A stretch of DNA of 64,000 bases from Candidatus Latescibacterota bacterium. Lineage in GTDB: Bacteria > Latescibacterota > UBA2968. This document shows, piece by piece, positions 19,452 through 29,240 of the stretch. Where the stretch lies: the NCBI GenBank assembly GCA_965116885.1, contig OZ220741.1, positions 128,001 through 192,000 of the forward strand, given 5' to 3'. Position numbers and translations under genes: made by a program. Under the pieces are notes generated by a model, which saw only the letters and a program-made list of their open reading frames with translations, was not told the origin of the DNA and ran no database searches. Position 1 is the first letter of the stretch, and each line of letters opens with the position of its first letter.

Positions 19452-20234
19452 TCACCCAGCGTGTACGCGCGGCATGATCAGGCGGCGGTTGCGCGCCAGG
19501 GGCAGCCCGGCAAAGGCGCAGCGGTTATTCCACTGATCGACAGCCGCAGCACTTTTGTATTCGTTAATAATGGCGTGACGGCCCCGCTGGGTATAGTTGT
19601 GTCCAGCCCTGTGTACCACCAGCACGTGAATAATCGCCACATCGCCGGGTTGCGCACTCAGAACAACCGGACGTTCGGGAGCGATCAAATCATCTGCAAT
19701 CGTATGGCCCTTATAGGTCGGAAACTCGCCCTCACGATGGGAACCGGGCACCACCTCAGTCGCCCCGGCCTCAAAATCAGTGGGATCGAGATACGTAATG
19801 GCCGCAGCCAGATCTGGAATCGTATGCCGCTCGTACGGCCAATCTTGATGCCAGCTCTGCGCGCAGAAAAATCCGGGTGGTTTATTGCGGATCTTCCCAT
19901 TGTGGAAATCCAGATCAGGCCCCAAAAGATCAACCATAACCGAAACAATACGCGGCTCGGTGAACTGATCGAACCAGTAGTCATCAGCCAGCGTCTGATC
20001 CATCATACCCACAACATTGTTCGGATTAAAAGGATCGGGCTGGTACCCCTCGGGCACCTCCATAAAACTGTAGCGCATATTTTGGGGGCGCCTTTCGGTG
20101 CGGACGACCAGATCGTGGAAACGGCCGCGCATCTCCTTCATTTCTCGGGAACTGTAAAAACCCTTCAGAAAAAGGAAACCATCGTCGTCAAAAGCGCGCT
20201 TCTGCTCTGGCGTCAAAATCAACAGATCGGACAT
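19452..20234 (-). CDS. Phytanoyl-CoA dioxygenase (PhyH) family protein
   Basis: WHQD, VVPGSH, GDVAIIHVLVVHRAGHN. Confidence 0.92.
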   Translation of the reverse strand: MSDLLILTPEQKRAFDDDGFLFLKGFYSSREMKEMRGRFHDLVVRTERRPQNMRYSFMEVPEGYQPDPFNPNNVVGMMDQTLADDYWFDQFTEPRIVSVMVDLLGPDLDFHNGKIRNKPPGFFCAQSWHQDWPYERHTIPDLAAAITYLDPTDFEAGATEVVPGSHREGEFPTYKGHTIADDLIAPERPVVLSAQPGDVAIIHVLVVHRAGHNYTQRGRHAIINEYKSAAAVDQWNNRCAFAGLPLARNRRLIMPRVHAG

Positions 20235-20304
20235 GACAGATCCTCCTACAGAATAAGCAAAGCCAACGTGATGAACAGGTGTTTCGTCAATGAGGATGGG
20301 TTAG

Positions 20305-21267
20305 TTAATGGAGAACGGGCAACAGATAAGCGATGGCGACGCTCACGACCAGACCAAAAGTAATCTTTGCAAAATCGAAAAGCACCATCCGCGACACCTC
20401 CTGGCGGGTGCGGTGCTTCTCGTTCCCTGCAACGGCGATCTCGCGTCCAGCCAACAACCCGACGAAAACCCAGGTCGTGCTCATCGGGAGCTTACTAACT
20501 TCCTTAAACAGAAACAGCACAATGCCATAAATCAAATCTACGAACGTCGCCGAACGGATATCAGTAGTATTCGTCTTCGTCAACACCACCTTCTGGATCG
20601 CACCGCCCTGCGTGTAAAAGATAATGGCTTGCATAGCCAGCATAGCGACGATGGATGCTATGAACCACCCCACAGCTATGTCTGGCGTGCGAGTAATCGG
20701 ATCGCGAGGCAGAAAAACATAGATATTGGCCAGATCCTGTATCAGCCACTGGCTCCAGAGAAAACCGGTTGAACACCACTGCGCCACCACCCACCAGGGA
20801 CTTTTCGGCCCCTCCGTCTGCCTGAAGCGAGACTCTAACCCCCGCGTAACCAGCCTGTAAATAAAGATGGCGGCCACAAAGGCGGTGGCATACCCCGCCA
20901 ACGACTTGACCAGCATGCTCGGCAGTGCCTTCGGCGCAAACACCGTCAGGGTCAAAAAGGTAGTACTAACTGGAATACCCCCGCGGGTCAGCAAGAGCAG
21001 TACAAAAGGCGGAACGCAGTAAACCCAGTTAAAGTAGTCTGGCACTTCAATCGCCGTAAGCCTTCCATACGAGACATCGCCGTCATAGACCACCCACCCA
21101 TACACGAGGACCACAGTCAGGATACCGCCACCAAAGAGCCACAGCACCCACCAGGGACGGTGAGAGTTGGAACTGAGAAACGTCCCCAGCGTCTGAATTG
21201 CGTCGTTGCCGACAATAGAATACGCACCGAGCAAAAAGCCAATGACCATTAAAACTTCCAGACTCAT
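20305..21267 (-). CDS. Integral membrane protein, distantly phosphate/sulfate-permease (PiT)-like
   Basis: About 9 TM segments; GNDAIQTLGTF, GIPVSTTF, QDLANI, LPMSTTW resemble PiT signature repeats. Confidence 0.55.
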   Translation of the reverse strand: MSLEVLMVIGFLLGAYSIVGNDAIQTLGTFLSSNSHRPWWVLWLFGGGILTVVLVYGWVVYDGDVSYGRLTAIEVPDYFNWVYCVPPFVLLLLTRGGIPVSTTFLTLTVFAPKALPSMLVKSLAGYATAFVAAIFIYRLVTRGLESRFRQTEGPKSPWWVVAQWCSTGFLWSQWLIQDLANIYVFLPRDPITRTPDIAVGWFIASIVAMLAMQAIIFYTQGGAIQKVVLTKTNTTDIRSATFVDLIYGIVLFLFKEVSKLPMSTTWVFVGLLAGREIAVAGNEKHRTRQEVSRMVLFDFAKITFGLVVSVAIAYLLPVLH

Positions 21268-21343
21268 AAATCCCCTCCCTGTAAAGTTATGCCAAATGTC
21301 CATTACCCGAGTCCTGGCAGACATTCAACAAACGATTGTGATA

Positions 21344-22807
21344 TTACGAAATAGAGAAATCAAATTTAACACGCGACTGATCGGATGCAGCGGTAAATGT
21401 AACGATCGCCGTAGTACCTGTAATCTCAACAACTCGCTGTGCGATATCCGTCTCAATCCCAATCTCGAGACCGTTTAGACGCCACACATCCTCTTCAAAC
21501 ACAGCCATATTTGGTGAAAAAATCTCAAACACAAACTCCCGCGGGTGTCCAACCTCTGTCTGCTGTTCACCTCTAATCTCAGCCTCAATCGACAGACGGC
21601 CCGCTTCAGCCTTCGCCGCAACCTGTCCAATATGCCGCAGCGCAAGCCAGCCGGTCGCACCATCTGACATACGCCAGTGGATCGTCGCCGGATGGTATTG
21701 GAAGCTCCGACCAGAATAGCCACCCGAATCCTCTGCGCCGATCATGTAATGCTCATCCAGCCACGCGGTTGCAACGCGCTCATCCGTAATCCGCTTCTCA
21801 ATACTTCGCGGCCCCTCAAATGCCGAGAAAGCAGCAGCGACCTCTGGCGGCGCATCAACCCCGAGAATCGCAAGACAAGGTCCATAATTGAACTCCGCGT
21901 TAATCTCCTCTCCACTCGGAAACGGCGTCACCTCAGGACCAAACGCGAGCCAGATATGCAGACTCGTAAGCGCGGTATAATGCTTCATATCCATCCCATA
22001 GCTACGCGAAAAAGGCCCGCAGAGATTGCCCAATCCCGCGTGGTAATAGCGCGCAATATCCCGCCAGAGTTCTGCCTCCATATACGCGCCCAGTTCGTGG
22101 AGAGAACTGCTCTCCAGATAACGTCGCCAGAAACCGAGCGCGTAGAGATTCACACCGTAGTACGTCGGTGAATTGTACTCCGCAAAAGCATTATTCTGCG
22201 CGAACAGGCGATAGACCTCACCGCCAAACTCCTCGCCGTATAAAACCATCTCATCGTTACCGATCCGCTTCCCAACCCACACGGACATCGCAGCCTTCAT
22301 CAAAGCGATATTCGAATACGTCGGCGGACAGCGATCCGGCGGCTCACCCACAACAGCCATCTCCAAAGACCGGACCATGCGATCAATCAATCGCCGGGGC
22401 AACCGATCCTCATACTCCTCAAGCGCAGTCGCAAACCCAAGCCCGATAAACTGTCGCCAGTTCGGATCATAAGTTCGCCACATCACAGCATCCCCCTCTG
22501 AGGGATGTGGCTCGCCCACATAGCGATAAAAAGTACCGTGGTATGGCGTCCCCGGCTCGTCGAACTGATTATCGATAATCGCATCAATCGTGCGACACGC
22601 CTGCTCAACATCGTCACCCCGATTGCGAAGAAGAAGCCCCACCGCGAACCAGACCGAGTTCCGAACCATCAGCACCGCATCATTCTGGCGGTGAGACCAC
22701 AACAACGCACTATCGGGGTCCCAGAATCCCTCTGACCATTCGAGAGACTCAGTTGCGAGATGTCTCGCATAAGGCGACAGATCGGATAAAGAAATTCCTT
22801 CAGACAT
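21344..22807 (-). CDS. Conserved hypothetical protein (helical-barrel, lyase-like)
   Basis: 487 aa ORF with host-like codon usage; motifs YDPNWRQFIG, YSNIALM, EYNSPTYYG, GPFSRSYGMDM. Confidence 0.7.
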   Translation of the reverse strand: MSEGISLSDLSPYARHLATESLEWSEGFWDPDSALLWSHRQNDAVLMVRNSVWFAVGLLLRNRGDDVEQACRTIDAIIDNQFDEPGTPYHGTFYRYVGEPHPSEGDAVMWRTYDPNWRQFIGLGFATALEEYEDRLPRRLIDRMVRSLEMAVVGEPPDRCPPTYSNIALMKAAMSVWVGKRIGNDEMVLYGEEFGGEVYRLFAQNNAFAEYNSPTYYGVNLYALGFWRRYLESSSLHELGAYMEAELWRDIARYYHAGLGNLCGPFSRSYGMDMKHYTALTSLHIWLAFGPEVTPFPSGEEINAEFNYGPCLAILGVDAPPEVAAAFSAFEGPRSIEKRITDERVATAWLDEHYMIGAEDSGGYSGRSFQYHPATIHWRMSDGATGWLALRHIGQVAAKAEAGRLSIEAEIRGEQQTEVGHPREFVFEIFSPNMAVFEEDVWRLNGLEIGIETDIAQRVVEITGTTAIVTFTAASDQSRVKFDFSIS

Positions 22808-22887
22808 CGCGCATCTCCCTATTCAAATTTGCGTTCTTCATAATATACGCTCTCACTGCAAATCCCTACCGAGAAATTTCCATTGGG

Positions 22888-23592
22888 TTATGACGCCGCC
22901 GCATGTTGCCGCAACACTTCGGCAATACGCGTGAAGCGCATATCTTCGGGAAACTGCGCAAGCCATTCCAGCAACGTCTTATCATCCTCTGTAAACTCCG
23001 CATCGGGATCGGCACCACTTTCCAAAAGCAACTCTACCGTATCGAGATGCCCGTGCCCGCCAGCGCAATACAAAACCGTATGCCCGCGATCATTTGTGAC
23101 ATTGACATCTGCGCCATGCGCGATCAACAAACGCACGATATCCGTATCGCCATTGCGCGCCGCGTGATGCACAGGCTGATCGCCGCGACCATCTACTGCC
23201 GTCGCCAGATGGGGATGCCTGTTGAGCAACGCCTGCACCCGCGCTACATCAGCGAGAAAAACAGCCCCCAGGAACTGCCGCGACAAATCATCAGTCGGAC
23301 GGACATGGGGATCCAGAGCACCGTATTGAATAAGCAGCGAAACAATATTTTTATTATCCGGAACCTCACCAGCGTAATGCAACACATAGCCATCGTGAGC
23401 GGACAGATCGGCACCCGCCTCAATAAGCAGTCGCACAATATCCTCATGTCGCCACAATCCCGCATGAAAAATTGGCCGCCATTCGTATTCATCATCCGCG
23501 TCAACCACAGCGGGATCGGCAGCAATCATTTCCCGCACAGCGTCGATATCCCCACGCCTGCATGCATCGTGAATTGTCGATATATCACTCAT
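22888..23592 (-). CDS. Ankyrin repeat protein
   Basis: GDQPVHHAARNGDTDIVRLLIAHGADVN, GHTVLYCAGGHGHLDTVELLLESGAD. Confidence 0.93.
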   Translation of the reverse strand: MSDISTIHDACRRGDIDAVREMIAADPAVVDADDEYEWRPIFHAGLWRHEDIVRLLIEAGADLSAHDGYVLHYAGEVPDNKNIVSLLIQYGALDPHVRPTDDLSRQFLGAVFLADVARVQALLNRHPHLATAVDGRGDQPVHHAARNGDTDIVRLLIAHGADVNVTNDRGHTVLYCAGGHGHLDTVELLLESGADPDAEFTEDDKTLLEWLAQFPEDMRFTRIAEVLRQHAAAS

Positions 23593-23595
23593 CGT

Positions 23596-24171
23596 TTATC
23601 TCCGTCTATTCAAGAATTCTTCGAACTCATTCATACTGGTCACCCCTTCTTCTAACACAGCCCGGTAAATATCTTGACTTGAAAAGGACCGCCGATACCC
23701 GGGATCTTGCCAGCATTGTGACTTGATATCGAGGATATTCAGACGCGTCTCTGGCGTTAATCGTCTGGTCAGATCAGCCTCGTAAGCAATCGCCTGTTGG
23801 TATTGGTCTCCATTCAGTGTCCAGATATCAATCTTCCAATCCCCTCTGCGCTCATCTCCCAGATAAACACCCCAGTAAAGCCCCCTTGGAAGCCCTTCAG
23901 TCTGACCAATCCGTTCATTGCGAAAATGCATCTTCACAGGACAAAGGGTCGCAGCAATCTGTCCCCCGAGATGAAAAAAGCGCGTTTCCACAATCTCATC
24001 AGCCTCCAAATAGATATCCAGATCTCTCCATGTCATCAGTTGCAGTACATAACTACCCGCTATATGGGGAATGCCATATCTCTTCAGAAGGCTTAGTAGG
24101 CCCTTTTGATGAAGAATTTTATCCGCTTCGCGACGAATCAATTGGTCGGTTTCTATTAAATTATTGGACAC
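23596..24171 (-). CDS. Hypothetical protein with nucleotidyltransferase-like motif
   Basis: GSYVLQLMTWRDLDIY and WKIDIW (GS..DxD..D). Confidence 0.6.
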   Translation of the reverse strand: MSNNLIETDQLIRREADKILHQKGLLSLLKRYGIPHIAGSYVLQLMTWRDLDIYLEADEIVETRFFHLGGQIAATLCPVKMHFRNERIGQTEGLPRGLYWGVYLGDERRGDWKIDIWTLNGDQYQQAIAYEADLTRRLTPETRLNILDIKSQCWQDPGYRRSFSSQDIYRAVLEEGVTSMNEFEEFLNRRR

Positions 24172-24218
24172 GTTCACCCTCAATTATTTGTGTGATTAAC
24201 TTGCAAGCTGCTCATGCG

Positions 24219-24521
24219 TTAGTCCTCCGTCTCAACGAGAGACCAACGCTTGCTCATGCGCTTAAGTTCAGGAAGATGCTCAGGCCAATCATGTAAAGTC
24301 GCTGGATCAAAATCAGCTCCATTCGACCACACCAGAGTATGGACTTCTGGATCTATACGCACTTGATTAAATAACGATACATCGCGAAGTGGACCAAATA
24401 ATTCACCTTCTAATATGGCTTGGAAATCGATAATCTGTTCCGTATCATCGTCAAAACAAACGCGAAGTGTATAGGGTGCCTGTATTTCAAAAAATATCAC
24501 GCGATATATAGGATGGCTCAT
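24219..24521 (-). CDS. DUF2442 family protein
   Basis: YTLRVCFDD..IDF..GELFGPLRD..F..V..TLVWSNGADFDP. Confidence 0.88.
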   Translation of the reverse strand: MSHPIYRVIFFEIQAPYTLRVCFDDDTEQIIDFQAILEGELFGPLRDVSLFNQVRIDPEVHTLVWSNGADFDPATLHDWPEHLPELKRMSKRWSLVETED

Positions 24522-24532
24522 GTCAGTCTCCT

Positions 24533-24802
24533 TTATCGAAGAGGATCAATTTTGAAAGGTACTCGACCTGCTTGTAATCGTTCCCAATCTGTCAGCAATT
24601 CTTCATGATGCAACTCTATCCAAGCCTCAATTAGACGCTGCTGTCGCCGGGGAAGTTGACCCGCAATTAGCTCAATAGTATCAATTGCATATACCCCAAC
24701 ATCTCCTTGATAATAAGCATGAAAATGAGGTCGGTGATGAGGCGCATTGGGCTCAGCATACATGCGTATTATGATACCGAAAAATCGGGAAATCTCAGGC
24801 AT
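24533..24802 (-). CDS. DUF4160 family protein
   Basis: MPEISRFFGIIIRMY, HHRPHFHAYY, LIEAWIELHHEELLTDW, KIDPL. Confidence 0.92.
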   Translation of the reverse strand: MPEISRFFGIIIRMYAEPNAPHHRPHFHAYYQGDVGVYAIDTIELIAGQLPRRQQRLIEAWIELHHEELLTDWERLQAGRVPFKIDPLR

Positions 24803-24826
24803 TTCAATCCTTTTTAGAATTAATGC

Positions 24827-25441
24827 TTATCGTCTTAGGCAGCGGCGAGCAATAACAGAATGAAAACAAAAGCCATCTCGAGGTTCCAATCTGCGATAGT
24901 ATTCCAACCTGAAGAACCTCTGCAGAACTTTCAGAAGTGTCTCCGTCTTTCTCAAAGAAAAAAACCGCTTCGGCTCATAAGAATCTCGCTCCAAAATCCC
25001 CTCAAAATCCTCGCCTCCCCACACGCCAACATACATCAACCCATCCTCCACGAGTCGCGTCGCGATCAAATCGAAAACCTCATCTATATCTGCCTGCGGG
25101 ATATGCAGCAGACAATTCATAGAATACACCGCATCAAAAGTCTCGCTCATCTGATCGAGATTATAACAATCCAGAACGCGAGCAGAAACCCCCTTCTCTC
25201 TCGCCAGCTTCACCATCGCAGGTGCATTGTCAACCGCAAAAACCCGAAACCCTTGCTCTTGAAAAAATTTTGCATCGTGCCCGGGACCGCATCCCAGTTC
25301 GAGAATAGACCGTCGTTGTTCATCTCTCAAACACTGCAAAAACGCGCTTCTCTCTCGCACCTTAAACGCATCAGTGAAACTATGCTCCCTCTCCAGCGCA
25401 TGTCTTTCATACGAGGCAATCAAGCTATTGGTGAACTCCAT
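24827..25441 (-). CDS. Class I SAM-dependent methyltransferase
   Basis: ILELGCGPG, FDAVYSMNCLLH; start after AGGAGG. Confidence 0.88.
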   Translation of the reverse strand: MEFTNSLIASYERHALEREHSFTDAFKVRERSAFLQCLRDEQRRSILELGCGPGHDAKFFQEQGFRVFAVDNAPAMVKLAREKGVSARVLDCYNLDQMSETFDAVYSMNCLLHIPQADIDEVFDLIATRLVEDGLMYVGVWGGEDFEGILERDSYEPKRFFSLRKTETLLKVLQRFFRLEYYRRLEPRDGFCFHSVIARRCLRR

Positions 25442-25480
25442 GAAAGCCTCCTTCAAAATGGATTGGCAGATGGGAACAGC

Positions 25481-25509
25481 TTGATTTTCAGCCACAGCCT
25501 CTTTATTAT
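25481..25509 (+). promoter_or_regulatory. Putative sigma70 promoter of the GlnA-family gene
   Basis: TTGATT-17-TATTAT, about 57 bp upstream of the ATG. Confidence 0.5.
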
Positions 25510-25565
25510 GCCTTACAACTTCCACAAAACCAAAGACATTTTTTGTAGATAGGGCAAAAAACTTT

Positions 25566-26930
25566 ATGACAACAGACCAAATCAAAGCGCGTCTTGAAAG
25601 CGACAAAATTCAAAAAATTAAACTCGCTGGCTTCGACATCGACGGCGTTATGCGCGGCAAATACATATCGCTCGACAAATTCTTTTCTGCCATCGAAAAG
25701 GGCCTGGGCTTCTGCGATGTGACATTTGGCTGGGATATGATCGATCAACTCTACGAACAACCCACCGTCACGGGCTGGCATACCGGATATCCTGACCTCC
25801 TCGCCAAAATTGACCTCAGTACCTATCGCGTAATACCCTGGGAACAAAATACCGCATTATTTTTACTCGACTTTTACGAAAACGAAAATCAGCCACTTGC
25901 GGTATCCCCGCGCCAACTCCTCCAAACAGTCGTACGCAAAGCGAATGACATGGGATTTCAGCCATACATATCCGCAGAATACGAATACTTCATCTTCCGG
26001 GAAACGCCCCACTCCCTGGAAGACAAAGGATTTGAGAACATGACCCCACTCTCGCCAGGCTGGTTTGGCTACAGCGTATTGCGGGCATCTGCGGCTTCAG
26101 AATTTGTCCACGCAATAATCGATGGAATGGGAGCGTATGACGTCGAACTGGAAGGAATACACACCGAAACGGGCCCCGGCGTATATGAAACCGCGATTCG
26201 GTACGACACGGCGTGCAATGCCGCAGACAAAGCCGCCCTATTCAAAACAGGCGTAAAAGAGATCCTATCCAAACACGGACTCGTCGCAACCTTTATGGCG
26301 AGATGGAGCCCGGACTACCCCGGCTGCAGCGGGCACCTGCACCAGAGCCTGTGGAATTTAGAGGGGGACACAAATCTATTTGCCAATGAATCAGATCCAC
26401 AGGGCATGTCTCAAATAATGAAACACTACATCGCGGGACAAATCGCTACAATGCCCGACATAATGGCACTGATATGCCCCACCATCAACTCTTACAAGCG
26501 GACAGTCCCCGGAGCCTGGGCGCCGACCAACGCCTCCTGGGGAATTGAAAATCGAACCGCATCTCTCCGCGCGATTCCAGGCACATCCCCTGAATCCACA
26601 CGCACCGAATATCGACTGGCAGGCGCCGACGCCAACCCCCATATCTCGATGGCGGCCAGCCTCGCCGCCGGACTATACGGCATAGAACATCAACTCGACC
26701 CCGGCGAGCCGTTTAACGGAAATGCCTACGAAGCCCCCGAAGGTCGATTTGATCCCTTGCCAAAATCACTTGAAGAAGCAACAGATCGATTAAAAAATAG
26801 CGAAATTACCCGCACTTGTCTCGGCGACGCATTTGTAGATCACTTCGCAATCACCCGCGAACACGAAATTGCGGAATATCGCCGCGCCATAACGGATTGG
26901 GAACTCAAGCGATACTTTGAAATCATCTGA
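25566..26930 (+). CDS. Glutamine synthetase family protein (probably a gamma-glutamyl-amine ligase type)
   Basis: DIDGVMRGK, EYEYF, HTETGPGVYE, GCSGHLHQSL, NSYKR, WGIENRT, EYRLAGADANP. Confidence 0.9.
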   Translation: MTTDQIKARLESDKIQKIKLAGFDIDGVMRGKYISLDKFFSAIEKGLGFCDVTFGWDMIDQLYEQPTVTGWHTGYPDLLAKIDLSTYRVIPWEQNTALFLLDFYENENQPLAVSPRQLLQTVVRKANDMGFQPYISAEYEYFIFRETPHSLEDKGFENMTPLSPGWFGYSVLRASAASEFVHAIIDGMGAYDVELEGIHTETGPGVYETAIRYDTACNAADKAALFKTGVKEILSKHGLVATFMARWSPDYPGCSGHLHQSLWNLEGDTNLFANESDPQGMSQIMKHYIAGQIATMPDIMALICPTINSYKRTVPGAWAPTNASWGIENRTASLRAIPGTSPESTRTEYRLAGADANPHISMAASLAAGLYGIEHQLDPGEPFNGNAYEAPEGRFDPLPKSLEEATDRLKNSEITRTCLGDAFVDHFAITREHEIAEYRRAITDWELKRYFEII

Positions 26931-28422
26931 ACGCCTCCACAATATGATTCCCTACCCGCAGGGCATTTGCCGCAATCGTCAAACTCGGATTGACGCCGCC
27001 AGATGTGGGAAACACGCTCCCATCCGTCACAAACAAATTGTCAATCCCCCTGAACTGGCAGTTCTCATCCAGCACACTCGTCTCTTCATCATAGCCCATA
27101 CGCACCGACCCCACGCCATGGGAAAAGGTATCAATGCGATACGTATGAAAAAAAAACGCGCCCGACGCGCGCAAAATCCCTTTGGCCTTCTCCACCAGAT
27201 AATCGCGGCGTTCGCAATCTCGCGCTGTGTACTGATGTATGACCTGTGCGCGGCTAATTCCATACACATCCTTCTCATCTGCCAGCGCAACGCGATTCTC
27301 AAACTGCGGCTCATCCTCTGCAACACACAACAGATTTTGCAAAAAGCCAGCAGCTATTGCCGTCAGATTTTTAAGTCCAAAAGGCGCGTGGTGTTTCAGT
27401 GCTATAGGCGACGGCGTGTAAATATCCTGAATCACCCCAACGGCGCGACCGTCCTGCTCTCGACAATCCTCGTAAAAATCCGAAAAACACACCTGCTTGT
27501 GAAACACCTGTTCCGGATTCGTGCGAAACGGAAACACCCCCGCCACAACAGCATTGCAATGCCGCATCAGAAAACGCCCTATCAAATCGCCCTGCGGAAA
27601 CGAATGCAACTCTGACCGCAACAAAACAGCCGGACTTTGCAGCGCACCCGCAGCAACAACAGCAATGGGCGCAGGCACTTCAAACGCCTTTTTTGTACGC
27701 CGATCCACACACGCCACAGCGCACACGCGCCCCCGTTTGCAAATAACACGCGCAACCTGCACCCCCGTCAAAATATCAGCCCCTGCATCCTGCGCCAACT
27801 TGAGCAACGTCACAGTCAGATCATTTTTAGCCTCAATTTGGCACGGAAAACCATCGCAGGTCAAACATCGGATACACACGGTTCGCGCCCGATCCGAAAA
27901 ATTGATCGCCAATGGCATGCGAAAAGGCCGATACCCCAGCGCGCGTCCAGCATCCCAAATGCGTTGTGCAGGACGGGAAAGTTCAATAGGCGGATACAAA
28001 TAATCCCCTATTGGCGGCTCGCACGGGTCGGTACCCACTTCTCCATGCACTTCCAACAAACGCTCGACACAATCGTAATGCGGTGCCAGATCCCCATACA
28101 AAATCGGCCACGCGACCAAATCTTCTTCGTGCAGCCTCAGCGATGCCCCACCGTAAAACACGGACATCCCACCAACCACTTCATTCTCGACCACATCTGA
28201 AAAATCGCGGTCCTCATATTGCCTGACGCGAAGCGGCGATGGGCCCTGATAGCGTTTCTCTACCAACACAGAACGGGGATCCCAATCCTCTGCATCGCGC
28301 CTTGCCCAATCGCCCCGCTCCAACAGCAAAACCTTCATACCCGCCGCAGCCAACACATAAGCGCAGGCACTACCTCCAAATCCCGTACCGATAATAACAG
28401 CGTCGTAATCGTTAAAATTCAT
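26923..28422 (-). CDS. GMC family oxidoreductase
   Basis: IIGTGFGG, VGGMSVFYGG, AAGALQSPAVLLRS, HGVGSVRMG, DGSVFPTSGGVNPSLTI. Confidence 0.92.
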   Translation of the reverse strand: MNFNDYDAVIIGTGFGGSACAYVLAAAGMKVLLLERGDWARRDAEDWDPRSVLVEKRYQGPSPLRVRQYEDRDFSDVVENEVVGGMSVFYGGASLRLHEEDLVAWPILYGDLAPHYDCVERLLEVHGEVGTDPCEPPIGDYLYPPIELSRPAQRIWDAGRALGYRPFRMPLAINFSDRARTVCIRCLTCDGFPCQIEAKNDLTVTLLKLAQDAGADILTGVQVARVICKRGRVCAVACVDRRTKKAFEVPAPIAVVAAGALQSPAVLLRSELHSFPQGDLIGRFLMRHCNAVVAGVFPFRTNPEQVFHKQVCFSDFYEDCREQDGRAVGVIQDIYTPSPIALKHHAPFGLKNLTAIAAGFLQNLLCVAEDEPQFENRVALADEKDVYGISRAQVIHQYTARDCERRDYLVEKAKGILRASGAFFFHTYRIDTFSHGVGSVRMGYDEETSVLDENCQFRGIDNLFVTDGSVFPTSGGVNPSLTIAANALRVGNHIVEAFR

Positions 28423-29213
28423 TAAACCTCAAACACGTACAAAACAATTAACCCAACAATAATGACCAGTGCCCCGTAGTGGAATTTTTCTCTGGCATCA
28501 ATACACCGCTGAATCCGCGGCAAATCGGGACGAAATTTGCCCGACATCGTACGCTGAATATAAGTCTTGTAATACTCCACAACAAAACGCTCCAACCCGC
28601 CATTCATATACACCAGAAATCCCAACGATATGGGATGCATGGGATCATTTAAAAAATAGAACAGCGGCGAACAAATCGCCAGCACCAGACCCGATCGCTG
28701 AAACTTCAAAATTTTAAACCCCTCAAACGGCGCGTCTTTATACGCCCCGCCAAGCGACACCAGCAGACCCGTAATATAAGCCGTTAGAAGAAATATCCAG
28801 AAACTCGTCACAGGCGCGGGGATCAACAACACGGCAAAAACGCCCAGCACCAGCACAGTACCAACCGCATAACGCAGCAAATCGCTCGCCACATACCGCC
28901 CGAAAAACGTAATGCGCGAAGGCACAAAATACTTATCCTGATCTTCCGTGCGAAAAAACCCCTTGTAAAGCTCGGCCAAAAACCGTTCCAACCCCATAAT
29001 CAGAAAAAAAATCTGAACCCATCCCAACGCAGAAAAACTCGCCTTAAAAATTGGTACAAAATACAACACCGCAAAAATCACAACATGAAAATAAATACTC
29101 CGTGGAAACGTCCTGGGCTTAAAATCCTCATAAGGCGAATCCTTAAACGCCCCCCACAAAGACGTATAAAGTCCAGATACAATACTCACGCCCAGGCCAA
29201 TATAGAAATTCAT
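28422..29213 (-). CDS. Hypothetical membrane protein with an internal two-fold repeat
   Basis: GAFKDSPYEDFK..TFPRS / GAYKDAPFEGFK..KFQRS and GLERFLAELYK / GLERFVVEYYK; stop overlaps the GMC start. Confidence 0.75.
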   Translation of the reverse strand: MNFYIGLGVSIVSGLYTSLWGAFKDSPYEDFKPRTFPRSIYFHVVIFAVLYFVPIFKASFSALGWVQIFFLIMGLERFLAELYKGFFRTEDQDKYFVPSRITFFGRYVASDLLRYAVGTVLVLGVFAVLLIPAPVTSFWIFLLTAYITGLLVSLGGAYKDAPFEGFKILKFQRSGLVLAICSPLFYFLNDPMHPISLGFLVYMNGGLERFVVEYYKTYIQRTMSGKFRPDLPRIQRCIDAREKFHYGALVIIVGLIVLYVFEV

Positions 29214-29240
29214 AGCTTCATTCCGATTCGAGTGATTTCA

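Noticed and set aside
25566..26930. Housekeeping glnA (GSI-beta)
   Set aside because: Lacks the adenylylation-site context and resembles gamma-glutamyl-amine ligase paralogues, so no gene symbol was assigned
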